Source: Malacoraja senta
Lineage: Eukaryota
Reading direction: 5' to 3'
Assembly: GCA_038087875.1 (NCBI GenBank)
Contig: CM075991.1
Location: 3,472,001 to 3,536,000 of the forward strand
DNA: 64,000 nucleotides
In this document: piece by piece, positions 26,260 through 39,049 of the stretch
Layout: each line of letters opens with the position of its first letter
Numbering within the stretch: position 1 is the first letter of the stretch
Notes under the pieces: model-generated
The model's database searches: none
Told to the model about the DNA's origin: nothing
What the model saw: only the letters and a program-made list of their open reading frames with translations
Translations under genes and position numbers: made by a program

Positions 26260-26768
26260 TGCATGGGAAGAGAGAGAGAGAAGCGATCTGCATTTTTTTT
26301 TTTAATGAACTTGCGTTTAAAGTAGGGCGGAATCGTTCGAATCCCACCTCGGATGGTCTGTCTACCTCCTCGTCTCCCCTCTACTCCTGTTACCCGGAGA
26401 CCAGATCAGCCTCGGTTGCTAAGGGGAGGCAGAGGTCGGTGAAAGACAGCATCGTAGCCCAGTCGGTGGTGCGATCTCGGGGGTTGCAGCTAATAGCGAG
26501 GCTGGAAAAGAACAGCGGGCGGTGCTAAGGCGGGCTTCCAATGTATTCAGTGTAGCATTTTCTCTCTCTCTCTCTCTCTTTGAGCATCACATTGTTACGG
26601 GGAGAAAATAAAGGATACGGTGATGTTTTTTTTTAATTTGCATCCTGCTTTCTCCCATCGCACTGCGAGGCTCTGTTGTGGATGGCTTACAGTGTTTCTC
26701 TCAAACTGCAGCACGATTTGCGTGTGGAGCCCTGTGGATTCTACCGAGAAGCAAGCGTGCAGTTTCAG
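26260..26768 (+). promoter_or_regulatory. Candidate ZMAT4 promoter / first exon
   Basis: Non-repetitive, CpG-enriched stretch. GC box GGGCGG at 26325; RFX-half-site-like GTTGCTAAGG at 26415 (similar GGTGCTAAGG at 26521); strong donor CAG|GTAATG at 26768/26769. Lies upstream of and in the same orientation as the ZMAT4 ATG exon. Confidence 0.5.
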
Positions 26769-27524
26769 GTAATGTGCAAGAGCGTTCTTTGAAATGCAAT
26801 GCAACTTTCTAATACACCCCCCGTGCAATTAATTGCAAGTTGTTTTTTTTAAAGCTGTTAAAACAGCCCGTGCACTTTTTGTTTTAAAAAGAGCAAAAGT
26901 TGTCCTTTAATTTATTTTTGGCACAAGTTTGCTGTATTTGTAAAACGTGGCGTTGCCAATGGCAAAGGTGTTCGCATCTCCTAATACATTGCACATCGCT
27001 GGCAAGGTTTAGAAACAAGGAACTGCAGATGCTTGGTTACTGGGGGGGGGGGGGGGGGAGACAGGTACACAGATACGTAAGTGTGCGAGATGGTACTGTT
27101 GTTTACTCTGGGTGGGGGAGCATCAGTTGATTCGAAACATCACCTATTCCTTTTCTCCAGAGATGCTGCCTGCCTGACCCGCTGAGTTGCTCCAGCTTTT
27201 TGTGTCTATCCTCGGTCGAAACCAGCATCTGCAATTCCTTCCTGCACAGGAGAGTATTATTTGGCCCTGCTGAACAGTGACCTAACCTGTGTTTAAATCA
27301 TCTAACGCTTTAACACATAGTGTTTGAGGTGGTTAGGTGGGGGTGGGGGGAGGTGGGGTGGGGGGTGGAACGCGTGACAGGATTTAGTGGTGCAAACGTT
27401 AGCGTGCATTGCAATACTTTTTTTTTGTATTCATTAATTGCGATTCATTCAGACAGCCGCTGTCTAATCTAAGTTAGACAATGAACGGTGTGAACCGCCT
27501 CCCGTGTGGAGAATCACATTTCCA

Positions 27525-27527
<3 letters not shown>

Positions 27528-27572
<45 letters not shown>
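27528..27572. repeat. (CA)n microsatellite
   Basis: About 22 uninterrupted CA units. Confidence 0.95.
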
Positions 27573-27574
<2 letters not shown>

Positions 27575-29919
27575 GGCATGGCTTGTGATTTCAAACAAAA
27601 AAAATGACTCTACAGATTTTTGACACGAGAAGGAAGCAACTGCTCGGGTATTGAGCTATTACAGAGGCGGGCAGTCACTATCAGTCTGCCCTGCCATATG
27701 CTGCTGCTGCCACACACATTTAACATTTATGATCTTCTCAAATACAAAATTAAATAACTTGATGTTCACGGTGATCTTGAAGGTTGATTTTCTTGGCGGA
27801 CAGAGACATTTAAACGTGCAAATGTTCAGCTTGATGATTGATCTTCATTTGTTTGTGTTATGTTTTTGCAAACATAGAGGTCAAATAAGCAGGGTCAAAA
27901 AATAATGCCAGCTTGGTTACCGGGAACACGTGCTGGCAAATGTTATTTACCACACGGCGGGAGCGAGGGTGGTAAATGGAAGTTAATAGTTAGCAGCTGG
28001 TTTGAATTGACCAAATTCTGCCAAACTCCTTTTAGAAGCAAGCAGTTATGTTTATTGTTGCCCCTGGACAGATCTGGCTTCCACAACTGGCTTTTGCTGT
28101 TCGTAGAGGGCGAAAAAATGAAGGAATACAGACAGTGTGCCTTTATAATCTGTGACTTGTGCAAAGTATACTGCTTGAAGAAGGGTCTCGACCCAAAACG
28201 ACACCCATTCCTTCTGTCTGGAGATGCTGCCTATCCCGCTGAGTTGCTCCAGCATTTTGCTTCTATCTTCGGTGTAAACCAGCATCTGCAGTTCCTTCCT
28301 AGACATTAACTTTGCAACAACAGCCACTTGGTGTTGAAGTGGAAGAAGAGGTGTGAATGTGGACCAGATCCATCAGCCAGTCTCGGCCAGGCTGCTGGTT
28401 AGTTAGTTACACCCTTGCGGGAGATTTTGTACGACAGATTGCTGGTACAGAGTGCCTAAGCTGGAGAACGTTTCCCTGTGTCCTTTTCCTCAGCCAACAA
28501 TAAGCCATTATGGGCTTCACCCTTCCTTGGTCATCTATTGCTGGCCCTCATTTTTTTCTGCCCTTTTCCTACCTCCTGTTCATAAGATCATAAGTGATAG
28601 GGGCAGAATTAAGCCATTCGGCCCATCAGGTCTACTCCGCCATTCAATCATGGCTGATCTATCACTCCCTCCTAACCCCATTCTCCTGCCTTCTTCATTT
28701 TGAAGGATGAGAGGGAATCTTATGGAAACATATAAAATACCTCAGGGATTAGACAGGCTAGATACAGGAAAAATGTTCCCCATTTTGTGTCTATCTTCGA
28801 TATAAACCAGCATCTCCAGTCCCTTCCTGCACCGAGAGCTTCACTTTGCATTATGTAACACCTCATACACAAGATCTCTCTGAAGCTGCTCGTTTGTTTT
28901 GACCTGCTGGTAATTGTAGAAAATGTGCAACTTAAAATGTCTGAAGAAAATTAATAGAAGTAAAAATGGACTTGTACTTCTAGGGAACAAAGCACTTTGT
29001 TTTAAAAAAAACAGTAAGGAGCATGATTGCAAAAATTGCATTTTCTAAATACAATCAAAGTACAATGGATAACATTTATAATTCTTAAGGGATTGGACAG
29101 GCTAGATGCAGGGAAAATGTTCCCGATGTTGGGGGAGTCCAGAACCAGGGGTCACAGTTTAAGAATAAGGGGTAGGCCATTTAGGACTGAGATGAGGAAA
29201 AATGTTTTCACCCAGTGGGTTGTGAATCTGTTGAATTCTCTGCCTCAGAGGGCGGTGGAGGCCAGTTCACTGGATGTATTCAAGAGGGAGTTAGATATAG
29301 CACGTAGGGCTAATGGAATCAAGGGATATGGGGAGAAAGCAGGAAGGGGGTACTGGTTTTGAATGATCACCCATGATCATGTTGAATGGCGGTGCTGGCT
29401 CGAAAGGCCGAATGGCCTACTCGTCCACCTATGTTCTATGCTGTTTTCCAAACAAGCTCAAATAAGCCCAGTCTGACGTAACTTACGCTGAGGAGTGTTC
29501 AATTTCCGAGCTCTCCCTTTCATCCTTGTACCACCCGCAAGGTTTTTGAAATGATATGTCGGCATTTTCTGAATTATTATCACCTTCGTACCAGTGCAGA
29601 GCTTTGGAGTGCCGTGTGTCGTCTTAAAACAGAAAGCTTATTATCCTTTTAGAACGTACTGGCACACAACTGCGGTGTGTTTTGCCTGATTAGTGTGATC
29701 TGGAATACACTGGGATAAATAGTCATTGAAGTACTCAGGATTATTGGCACTCAATGCTTGAGAAGAACTCTCAAGGAGCCATTGCTCTCAAATTACAAGC
29801 TTCCACTTAATTATTTCCTTTTTGATATTTTTATTTTCCCCTCTCGAAACACTTGACACACCATTTCCAAAGACCAATGCATTAGTTGAATCCATTCAAC
29901 TATAGCTCTGGAAATAAAA

Positions 29920-30429
29920 AGGGGCTGTCCCACTTGAGCGACTTAATCCACGAGTTCTGGCGAGTTTGCCCTCGACTCATACTCGCAGCATGGTCGACAC
30001 GAGGTCGTAGGAGGTCTTTGTAACTCTCCTTCATGCTCGAGAGTGGTCTCCGCGTACTCGAGGCCTCAGCTAGGTCGCGGCGTTTTTTTCAATATGTTAA
30101 AAAATGCCCGCGAGTAAATAAAGGTCGCCATGGAAAAAATCAATACCTTTTTTACTCGTAGGTTTAGTCGTAGTAGGTCGGCATGTTAGTCGTAGGTAAT
30201 CGAGGGTAGTGGAAGGTAGTCGTAGATAGTCTTCATCATAGTCGAAGGGAGGTCGAAGGAGATCGGAGGAGGTCATCTTCACTCTCCACTATTCGGTGTC
30301 CAATTTTCCTGAAGTTAGTCGTAGCTAGTCGAAGCTAGTCTTCAACATAGTCGAAGGAGGTCTTCAACATGTCATTTTTTCAAACTCTTCTAAACTCGCC
30401 AATTAGGTCGCCCAAGTGGGACAGCCCCT
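29920..30429 (+). mobile_element. Non-autonomous TIR element (putative Harbinger-like), same family as 9170-9752
   Basis: AGGGGCTGTCCCACTTGAGCGAC...GGTCGCCCAAGTGGGACAGCCCCT; colinear with the 9170 copy but with fewer internal repeats. Confidence 0.8.
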
Positions 30430-30886
30430 TTTGGCTTCTCTTCCGATTCTCCTCGATCAGGTTTTGCTGGCTTTTCCTTGCACTAAGCGTGATTCCCTTA
30501 CCTTATATCTCTGCACTGTAAATGGCTCGATAGTAATCATGTGTTGTCTTTCTGCTGACTGGTTAGCACACATTAAAAGCTTTTCACTGTACCTCGCTAC
30601 ACGTGACAATAAACGAAACTGAAACCAAAACTGAGGTGAGGACTGAACCCAAGTCATTGGAGCTGTGAGGCAGCAGCTCCAACAGCAATTTGCCCACAGC
30701 AATCTCCCACAAACAGCAAATGCATGAGAACCAGATGATCTTATATAACCGAGCAAATCACCCAGAGTAATTCACAAGGACATTATCAAACAAACATCGG
30801 CAAGCCAGGTAAGTGGTATTGGGACGACCAAAGACTTAGTCAATGCGGAGTATCTTAGAGTGGTAGAGAGGTAGAAGGGAAGTAAT

Positions 30887-31747
30887 GTGAAGGAAGGAAC
30901 TGCAGATGCGGGTTTAAACCGAAGATAGACACAAAAAGCTGGAGTAATTCAGCGGGACAGGCATCATCTCTGGAGAGAAGGAATGGGTGACGTTTCGGGT
31001 CGAGACCCTTGGTTAGGGAAAAGGGAAACGAGAGATATAGAGGATGATGCGGAGAGATAAAGAACAATGAATAAAAGATATGCAAAAAACGATGATAAAG
31101 GAAACAGGCCATTGTTCGCTGTTTGTTGGGTGAAAACGAGAAGCTGGTGCGACTTGGGTGGGGGAGGGATGGAGAGAGAGGGAATGCCGGGGCTACCTGA
31201 AGTTAGAGAAATCAATATTCATACCACTGGGCCGTAAGTAAAATATGAGATGCTGTTCCTCCAATTTGCGTTTAGCCTCACTGACAATGGAGGAGACCTA
31301 GGACAGAAAGGTCTGTGTGGGAATGGGAAGGAGAATTAATGTGTTTAGCAACTGGGAGATCAAGGAGATCGGAAGGTGTTCCGTGGAACGATCGCCCAGT
31401 CTGCGTTTGGTCTCGTCCATGTATAAGAGTCCACATCTTGAACAGCGGATACAGTAGATGAGGTTGTAGCAGGTGCAAGTGAACCTCTGCCAAACCTGAA
31501 AGGACTGTCGGGGACCCTGGACATAGTCGAGGGAGGAGGTATAGGGACAGGTGTTGCATCTTCTGCGGTTGCAGGAGAAGGTACCTGGGGAGGGAGTGGT
31601 TTGGGTGGGAAGGGATGAGTTGACCAGGGAGTTGCGGAGGGAACGGTCTCCGCGGAAGGCGGAAAGGGGTGGAGATGGGAAAATGTGGCTAGTGGTGGGA
31701 TCCCGTTGGAGGTGGCGGAAATTTTGGATTATGCGTTGAAGGGAAGC
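30887..31747 (-). mobile_element. Neptune-type Penelope-like retroelement, 5'-truncated
   Basis: Minus strand reads PGTFSCNRRRCNTCPY (Cys linker), then FTCTCYNLIYCIRCSRCGLLYMDETKRRLGDRSTEHL (GIY-YIG), then the pLTR. 14-bp TSD AGAAGGGAAGTAAT (30873-30886, 31748-31761). Confidence 0.9.
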
Positions 31748-31779
31748 AGAAGGGAAGTAATTATGCCAGCTAAACTATG

Positions 31780-32079
31780 ACATAGAAACATAGAAAATAG
31801 GTGCAGGAGGAGGCCATTCGGCCCTTTGAGTCAGCACCGCCATTCATTGTGATCATGGCTGATCGTCCCCAATCAATAACCCGTGCCTGCCTTCTCCCCA
31901 TATCCCTTGATTCCACTAGCCCCTAGAGCTCTATCTAACTCTCTCTTCAATCCATCCAGTGATTTGGCCTGCACTGCCCTCTGTGGCAGGGAATTCCACA
32001 AATTCACCATTCTCTGGGTGAAAAAGTTTTTTCTCACCTCAGTCTTAAATGGCCTCCCCTTTATTCTAAGACTGTGACC
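31780..32079 (-). mobile_element. CR1 3' fragment (young subfamily)
   Basis: GHSLRIKGRPFKTEVRKNFFTQRMVNLWNSLP; tail nearly identical to that of 22336-22935. Confidence 0.9.
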
Positions 32080-33348
32080 CCGAAGATGCCACAATGATTC
32101 TATGAAACTACACTGTAAATGTAATCATGTATTGTCTTTCCGCTGACTGGATAGCATGCATCAAAAGCTTTTCACTGTACCTCGGTACACGTGACAATAA
32201 ACTAACCTGTAAACTGAAGTTGTCCATACTCCCCTGTGTTTTCCCATCACATTTTATGCCGATAGTGCTGAGGCTCTAGAAGGCGCTGGTTAGGATGCAT
32301 TTGGAATATTGTGAGCAATTTAGGGCACCATATCTGAGGAAGGATGTGCTGGCCCTGGAGAGGGTCCAGAGGAGGTTTACAAGAATGATCCCAGGAACGA
32401 GTGGGTTAACATATGATGAGCATTTGTCGGCACTCGCTGGCGTTTAGAAGAATGAGGGGGGACCTAATTAAAATATACCGAATAGTGAAGGTTTGGATAG
32501 AGTCAAGTCAAGTCAAGAGAGTTTATTGTCATGTGTCCCAGATAGGACAATGAAATTCTTGCAGTGGACGTGGAGAGGATGTTTCCACTAGTGGGAACAT
32601 CATGGACTAGAGGTCATAGCCTCAGATTTAAAGGGAGTTCCTTTGGGAAAGTGATGAGGAGGGATTCCTTTAGTCAGAGGGTGGTGAATCTGTGGAATTC
32701 CTTGCCACAGAAGGTTGTGGAGGCCAAGTCAGTGGATATTTTTAAAGCAGGGATTGATAGATTCTTGATTAGAGGTTAGGGGTTGTGGGGAGAAGGCAAG
32801 AGAATGGGGTTATGAGGGAGAGATAGATCAGCCATGATTGAATGGCGGAGTGGACTTGATGGGCCGAATGGCCTAATTCTGCACCTATCCCTTATGACCT
32901 GATGACATTTTCTCTGCATGGTATCTGACCGTTGCAGAAATGACAGGGGTAGGTCCTGATCTATGGTATCATCAAGGTATTGGGTCTTACATTGTACGCA
33001 GGCTGGAAAGTGTGAGAATATATTAGGTAATGTAATTGAAAGGGAAGAAGGAAAGATTTTCAATTAAAATGGCCTCATCAAGTGCAGGAGGAGAGGCGGG
33101 GGGGGGGGGGGATTTTAAAGCAAGTGTGATTCATGTAATTACTTGAGGTACAGGTAAGGCCCAGTGCTGTATTCAACTCTCTTTGGTGAGTCGATATGGC
33201 ATTAAATTACTATATTTAGCACATACTTTCCATGGTCCTTGAATGAGGCCATGTGTTGGTCGCATATGAGCACATTACTTTTCTTCGCGATTTTCAGGGA
33301 AACATTAACCTGTTCTGGAGCTCGTTCTCTCGTTTCATTATCACACTT

Positions 33349-33660
33349 GGGCGGCAGCGGTAGAGTTGCTGCCTTGCAGCGCCGGGGTCCCGGGTTCGAT
33401 CCTGACCAAGGGTGCTGTCTGTACGGAGTTTGTACGTTCTCCCCGTGACCTGCGTGGGGTTTTTCTCCGAGATCTTCGGTTTCCTCCCACATTCCAAAGA
33501 CGTACAGGTTTGCAGGTAAATTGGCTTGGTGTAAATGTAAAAAAAATATTGTCCCTAATGGGTGTAGGAAAGTGTTCATATACGGGGATCGCTGGTCGGC
33601 ATGGACCCGGTTGGCCGAAGGGCCTGTTTCCGCTCTGTATCTCTAAAACTAAACCTAAAA
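33349..33660 (+). mobile_element. HE1-like V-SINE
   Basis: B box GGGTTCGATCC, central domain, CR1-like tail and (CTAAA)-type end. Confidence 0.85.
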
Positions 33661-34079
33661 CTGCCATTACGGTCGATCACTTGCCCCTTTACCAGTGAGT
33701 CCGTGGCGGGACCTGAGGCAGCAAAGATCCAGCAAGTCATCAGCGAGACTTCTGCTTTAATTGGTTCATCTTTTAGTTTAGGTTTATTATGGGGACGCAT
33801 CACAGCATGGTCTGGGAACAGCTCCATCCAAGATCGCGAGAAATTGTAGAGAATTGTGGACGCAGCCCAGACCATCACGCAAAACCAGCCTCCATTCCAT
33901 TGACTCCATCTACACCTCGTGCTGCCTCAACAAGGCCAGCAGCATAATCAAGGACAAGTCGCACCCTGGCCACTCCCTCTTCTCCCCTCTCCCATCGGGC
34001 AAAAGGTATAGAAGTGTGAAAACTCACACCTCCAGATTCAGGGACAGTTTCTGGTTGCGATCAGGCAACTGATTCTCCC

Positions 34080-34245
34080 GCTCACCCTCTCGCACCTCTC
34101 TCCCTCTCGCACCTCTCTCTCTCTTGCATCTGTCTCTCTCTCTCTCACCTCTCTCTCTCTCTCCCTCTCTCCCACACACCTCTCCCTCTCCCACACACCT
34201 CTCCCTTTCTCTCTCTCACACACACACACACCTCTTTCTCGCATA

Positions 34246-34291
<46 letters not shown>

Positions 34292-34460
34292 CTCTCACAC
34301 ACACACACACCTCTTTCTCACACACTCTCACACACTCTCTCTCTCTCACACAGACACACTCTCTCTCTCTCACACACACACACCTCTTTCTCACACTCTC
34401 TCTCACACACACACTCTCTCTCTCACACACACACACACACCTCGCTCTCTCTTACATACA
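34080..34460. repeat. Compound (CT)n/(CA)n microsatellite
   Basis: About 380 bp of interleaved CT and CA runs following a Rex1-type 3' fragment (~33790-34070). Confidence 0.95.
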
Positions 34461-36782
34461 GCACACGTGGCTCTCTGTCTGGTTGAACAAGGAATTTGGG
34501 CTAATATTGTGGTTATTAATTTATTGGATTTGTGTTTGTTATATCACTGTGTATTGTGTTACTGCTGTTGCAAGCGTGAATTTAATTGTGCCGTTGTTGC
34601 AACATATGACAATGAACCCTCTCGGCTAGATCCTTGTTAGGGTGGGATTGAAACGTGTTCTACTGGATGATCAGCTCGGTCGTTGTCCAACTCTGGTGCC
34701 AACCTGTATGGCATTTGGCATTCCTCGTTCCCCAGCTGACTTCCCAGGGGGAATTATTTGTGCTACGATACCCTGGGGGATGGTGTGGACAATATGACCG
34801 CTGCGCTGTCATCAGGGGAATGTTCTTCGGAGGTGGCAACAACGCACGGAAGAATTGCTAGTCTTTAGATTTTAGAGATACAGTGTGGAAACAGGCCCTT
34901 CGGTCCACCAAGTCCATGCTAACCAGCACTCACCCAGTGCATGAGCACTATCCTATACACTAGGGACAATTTTCAATTTTTACTGAAGTCAATTAACCTG
35001 CAAGCCTGCACATCTTTGGAGTGTGGGAGGAAACCGGAGCACCCGAAGGAAACCGGAGCACCCGGAGGAAACCCACATGGTCACAGGGAGAACGTGCAAA
35101 CTCCGCACAGGCAGCAGGCTGAGGTCAGGATCGAACTCGGGTCTCTGGACCTGTGAGGCAGCAACTCTACTGCCGCACCACTGTGTCGCCCCAACGGCAG
35201 GAAAGGAGAAACTAAAAAAATGCAGATGGTAGAACCCCGAGATAAAACCACAAAGCACTGGAAAAGCGGAATAAGTCAGGCAGCATCTGCGGAAAGAGAA
35301 ACAGTTAATGTAGCAAGTCGGAGATTCTTTATCAGATAAAGCATCTTCAACCTGAAACATTACTCCAGCTTCTCTCTCCACAGGTGCTGCCTGACCTGCA
35401 TCTGTATGAGTATTTCCAGCATTTTTATTGTTGAGTCAGTCAGAGATACAACATGGCAACAGGCCCTTTGGTCCACTGAGTCCACGTCGACCATCGACCA
35501 CCCAATCACACTAGTTCCGTGTCTTCCTACTTGCTCATCCACTCCCTACACACCAGGGACATTTTATACAGGCCGGTTAACTGCAACTCCGAACGTCTTT
35601 GGGATGTGGGATGAAACCGGAGCAAACCCACGCGGTCACAGGGAGAACGTGCAAACTCCAGACAGTCAGCTCAGGATCAAACCCAGGTCTCTGGCGCTGC
35701 GAGGCAGCAGCTCTACCCGCCACCACAGTGAGAAATCAAGGTGGTGAAATTCCCGGATTGGGATGGGAGTCGTGTTGGAGGAGGGAGAGGGAATATTTAG
35801 CAGGTACTGCAAGCAACACAAAATCCGCAGAGCTTTTTGTACATTAGAGCTCGGTTGTTCTCCCCACTGGGTTAGAGGTGAAGAAAGCAAAGGCCTGTGG
35901 CAATAAAGGCCCGGAATGCATTGTAGCAATATGTGGATGATAAAGTGGATGATAAAGTCGTTGCCAAGTTGTGAGCTGCAATGACTGATGAGTACACAGT
36001 ATTTGGCTCAAGATCAAACAGTACCTGGCCATAAAATATTAGGTATAAACATCAGTGAGAATGGAACTGTATGGCGATATCGGGAATCGCTTCGGCAGAG
36101 GAAGGCAGAGATTTGTTTAGTTTCATTTTTAGTTTCGAGATGCAGCGAGGATTCAGGCCCTTCGGCCCACCGAGTTCGCACCGACCAGTGATCCCCCACA
36201 CACTAACACCAACCCACACACACTAGTGACAATTTACTCATACCAAGCCAATTCACCTGCAAACCTGCACGTCTCTGCAGTGTGGGCGGAAACCGGAGCA
36301 CCCGGAGAAAGCCCACGCAGGTCACGGGAGGAATGTACAAACTCCATACAGGATGAGCAAGTACAGAGACCCGGGTCTGGATCAAACCCGGGTCTCTTGC
36401 GCTGTGAGGCAGCAACTCTACCGCTGCGCCACCGTTGCCCGCCTTGGGGAAACTTGTGTGCGCAGGCAATCACATACAAGGACCTGGATTTCTCATCATT
36501 CTCTGTACGAGGCGCAAGGATAGAGGCTCTGCCTTCCCTTCAAGTCCCTGATGGCCGGTTGCCTGCAGAGATCAATGGCGGAATCTGGGCTTTCACTCTG
36601 TGGGCTGGCTGTTCTGAAGAGGCAGCAAACCTTTGTCAGGGAGGGAGAAGCTGTGGCACTGCAAGGCTGAAAGGAAGGTCGTAGATGTGTGCAGGGTCTG
36701 GAGCGTACCTCCATTTGACATGGAGAAGAGCAAGGAATGATCAGAATCCCTGTCTATGGGCATTCCTGATTTCCAGTGCATC

Positions 36783-37294
36783 TCGGGTTGCCAACTTTCT
36801 CGCTCCCAAATAAGGGACAAAAGGTCCAAATAGGGGACAAATTCCAGACAGCAATTCGTTGACCGACTCGGCTGCGGCTGGGTGAATGATGAGTTGGTCC
36901 GGGTGCTGGACTGCACACAAAGACCAGCCGGCGGGCCAGCTGAGGAGTTTTTGTCCGGGCCGCGCGACGTCGCGCGCCCCATCCAACTCGAGAACCGATG
37001 ATCGGCCATGAGAAGGAGGGGTGGTGGTGGTGGTGGTGTCGGCGGTAAGCGAAGGTCCGAAGGTCAGATAGCTGGCCGGGCTGCCGACCGACGGGGCCAC
37101 AGGCGAGGCACTGCTGCTGCACTCCATGGGCTGCACTACGTCGGGACGGGTGAGGCGGGGCCGGACGCAGCGACAGTCCCCTCGACACGAGTAGTAGCAG
37201 TCAAATATGGGACAAAGCTGGTCCCGTATGGGACAAACCAATTTAGCCCAATATACGGGATGTCCTTGCTAATACGGGACAGTTGGCAACCCAA
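36783..37294 (-). mobile_element. Non-autonomous hAT MITE, family A (second copy)
   Basis: Reverse-complement homologue of 739-1240. TIRs TCGGGTTGCCAAC...GTTGGCAACCCAA; degenerate 8-bp TSD AGTGCATC/TGTACATC. A third, partial copy is at ~41744-41878. Confidence 0.85.
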
Positions 37295-39049
37295 TGTACA
37301 TCAGTTCCTCAGTGCTGGGACCTACACGAACGTGCAAAATATCAGGCCCGGTGTATGGCAGATGCTTGCCAGAGTGTTCAGTTAGTTTAGTTTGTTGTCA
37401 CGTGTACCGAGGTACAGTGAAAAGCTTTTGTTGCGTGCTATCCAGTCACCAGAAAGACAATACACGATGACAATCAGGCCGTGCGCAGTGTACAGATATG
37501 TTGCCTTAAATCTAGGCTGTATCATCGAATTATAACACCAAGAAAAATGGGCACAGGTAGGTCTTCCCAATATTAATGTGCATCTTAAAATGAACATGGA
37601 CATGCTAATAAATTAATGGGGAGATTCCAAAGTAGGTCAGAAGTAAATGAAGAGGGAAACGTGTCTCCAGGCAGCAGAGAACAAGGGTAGAAGAGAAGAT
37701 GTTTTTTTTTGTTGTAAATCCAAGACTGTAGATTCTGGAAATTTGAAATAAAAACAGTGAGGGCAGGAAACACTCAGCAGGTCAGGCAGCATCTGTGGAG
37801 AGGGAATCGGTTAATGTTTCAGGTCTGAGACCCTTTGCCAAAGGATCTTGGCCAATACAACTCACCCTGTCCATGACACACTGGTCAACCTGAGGAGCAC
37901 CTTCAGCAACTGACTGGTTCCACTAAGATGCAGCACAGAACGCCACAGGAGATCCTTCTTCCCTGTGGCTATCAAACTGTACAACTCCTCCTCCCCCTTC
38001 TGTCGTGGGGTAGACTCTCCCCTCCCCCCCCTCCCCCCTCCCCAATCTTTGCACATCCCCAATCCTGGCCTTTCCACTCATCACTTCCATGTTTCATGTA
38101 TCTTGTGTTTCCATGACTGTTGGCGGACCAATTTCCCTCCCGGGATAAATAAAGTTCTATCGTATCGCAGTTTACATGAAAAAAGACACAAAGTGCTGGA
38201 GTAACTCAGCAGGTCAAGCCACATCTCTGCAGAACACGGATGAATGACATTTCTGATCTGGACTCTTCTTCAGACCCGAAACATCACCTATCCATGTTCT
38301 CCACTGGTGCTGCCTGGAGTTAGTCCAGCACTTTGTGTCTTTCCAGGGTGTCTTCTTCTTATCGAGTCCACACACAAGATTAGAAGTTGTTCAGCCAGAG
38401 CTGAACACACTTCTCGGCATCTGCATACAATGGTGTCTGTCTTGTCGCTTTTTGTGCGTGGTGGTGGGAAGATTGGTGGAAACAGGGCCTTGACGTGAAT
38501 GCTCTTTCCTTGACCCCTCTCTAGAGTGTGTTCCTGGTCGTAACAGGCCACGAGCCAGTTTCCATGCTGTATCTCTAAACTAAACTAAACACGGAATGGT
38601 TTCATTCAGCATTTGATTAACTTGTATCATTGCTGCAAAATGCGAATCACAGCAAGAATTTACCCTGGTGCCTCCAGCAGTATTTTATAAACATGTGCAA
38701 ACACGGTGATGTAGCAGTTGAGCTACGGCCTTACAGGGCCAGAGATCCGCATTCGATCCTGATTATGGGTGCTTGTCTGTACAGAGATTGCACCTTCTCC
38801 CCGTCACCTGCATTGTGTTTCTCCGACATCTTCGGTTTTCTCCCACACCCCAAAGACGAACAGGTTAGTAGGTTAATTGGCGTGGTAGAAATGTAAAATT
38901 GTCCCGTGTGTGTGTGTGTGTGTGTGTGTAGGGTAGTGTTAGTATGCGGGGATTGCTGGTCAGTGCGGACATGGTGGAAGGATGTCACCCACCCCTCTCC
39001 AATCACCACTTCACACCCAATTACCCATCCCCTCCGTGCTGCACAACAT

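Noticed and set aside
26040..26528. 162-aa ORF in the candidate promoter
   Set aside because: Starts in a pLTR remnant, has no domain similarity, and is explained by GC content.
34038..34486. ORFs rich in CV/ER or HT/SL
   Set aside because: Translations of the CT/CA microsatellite.
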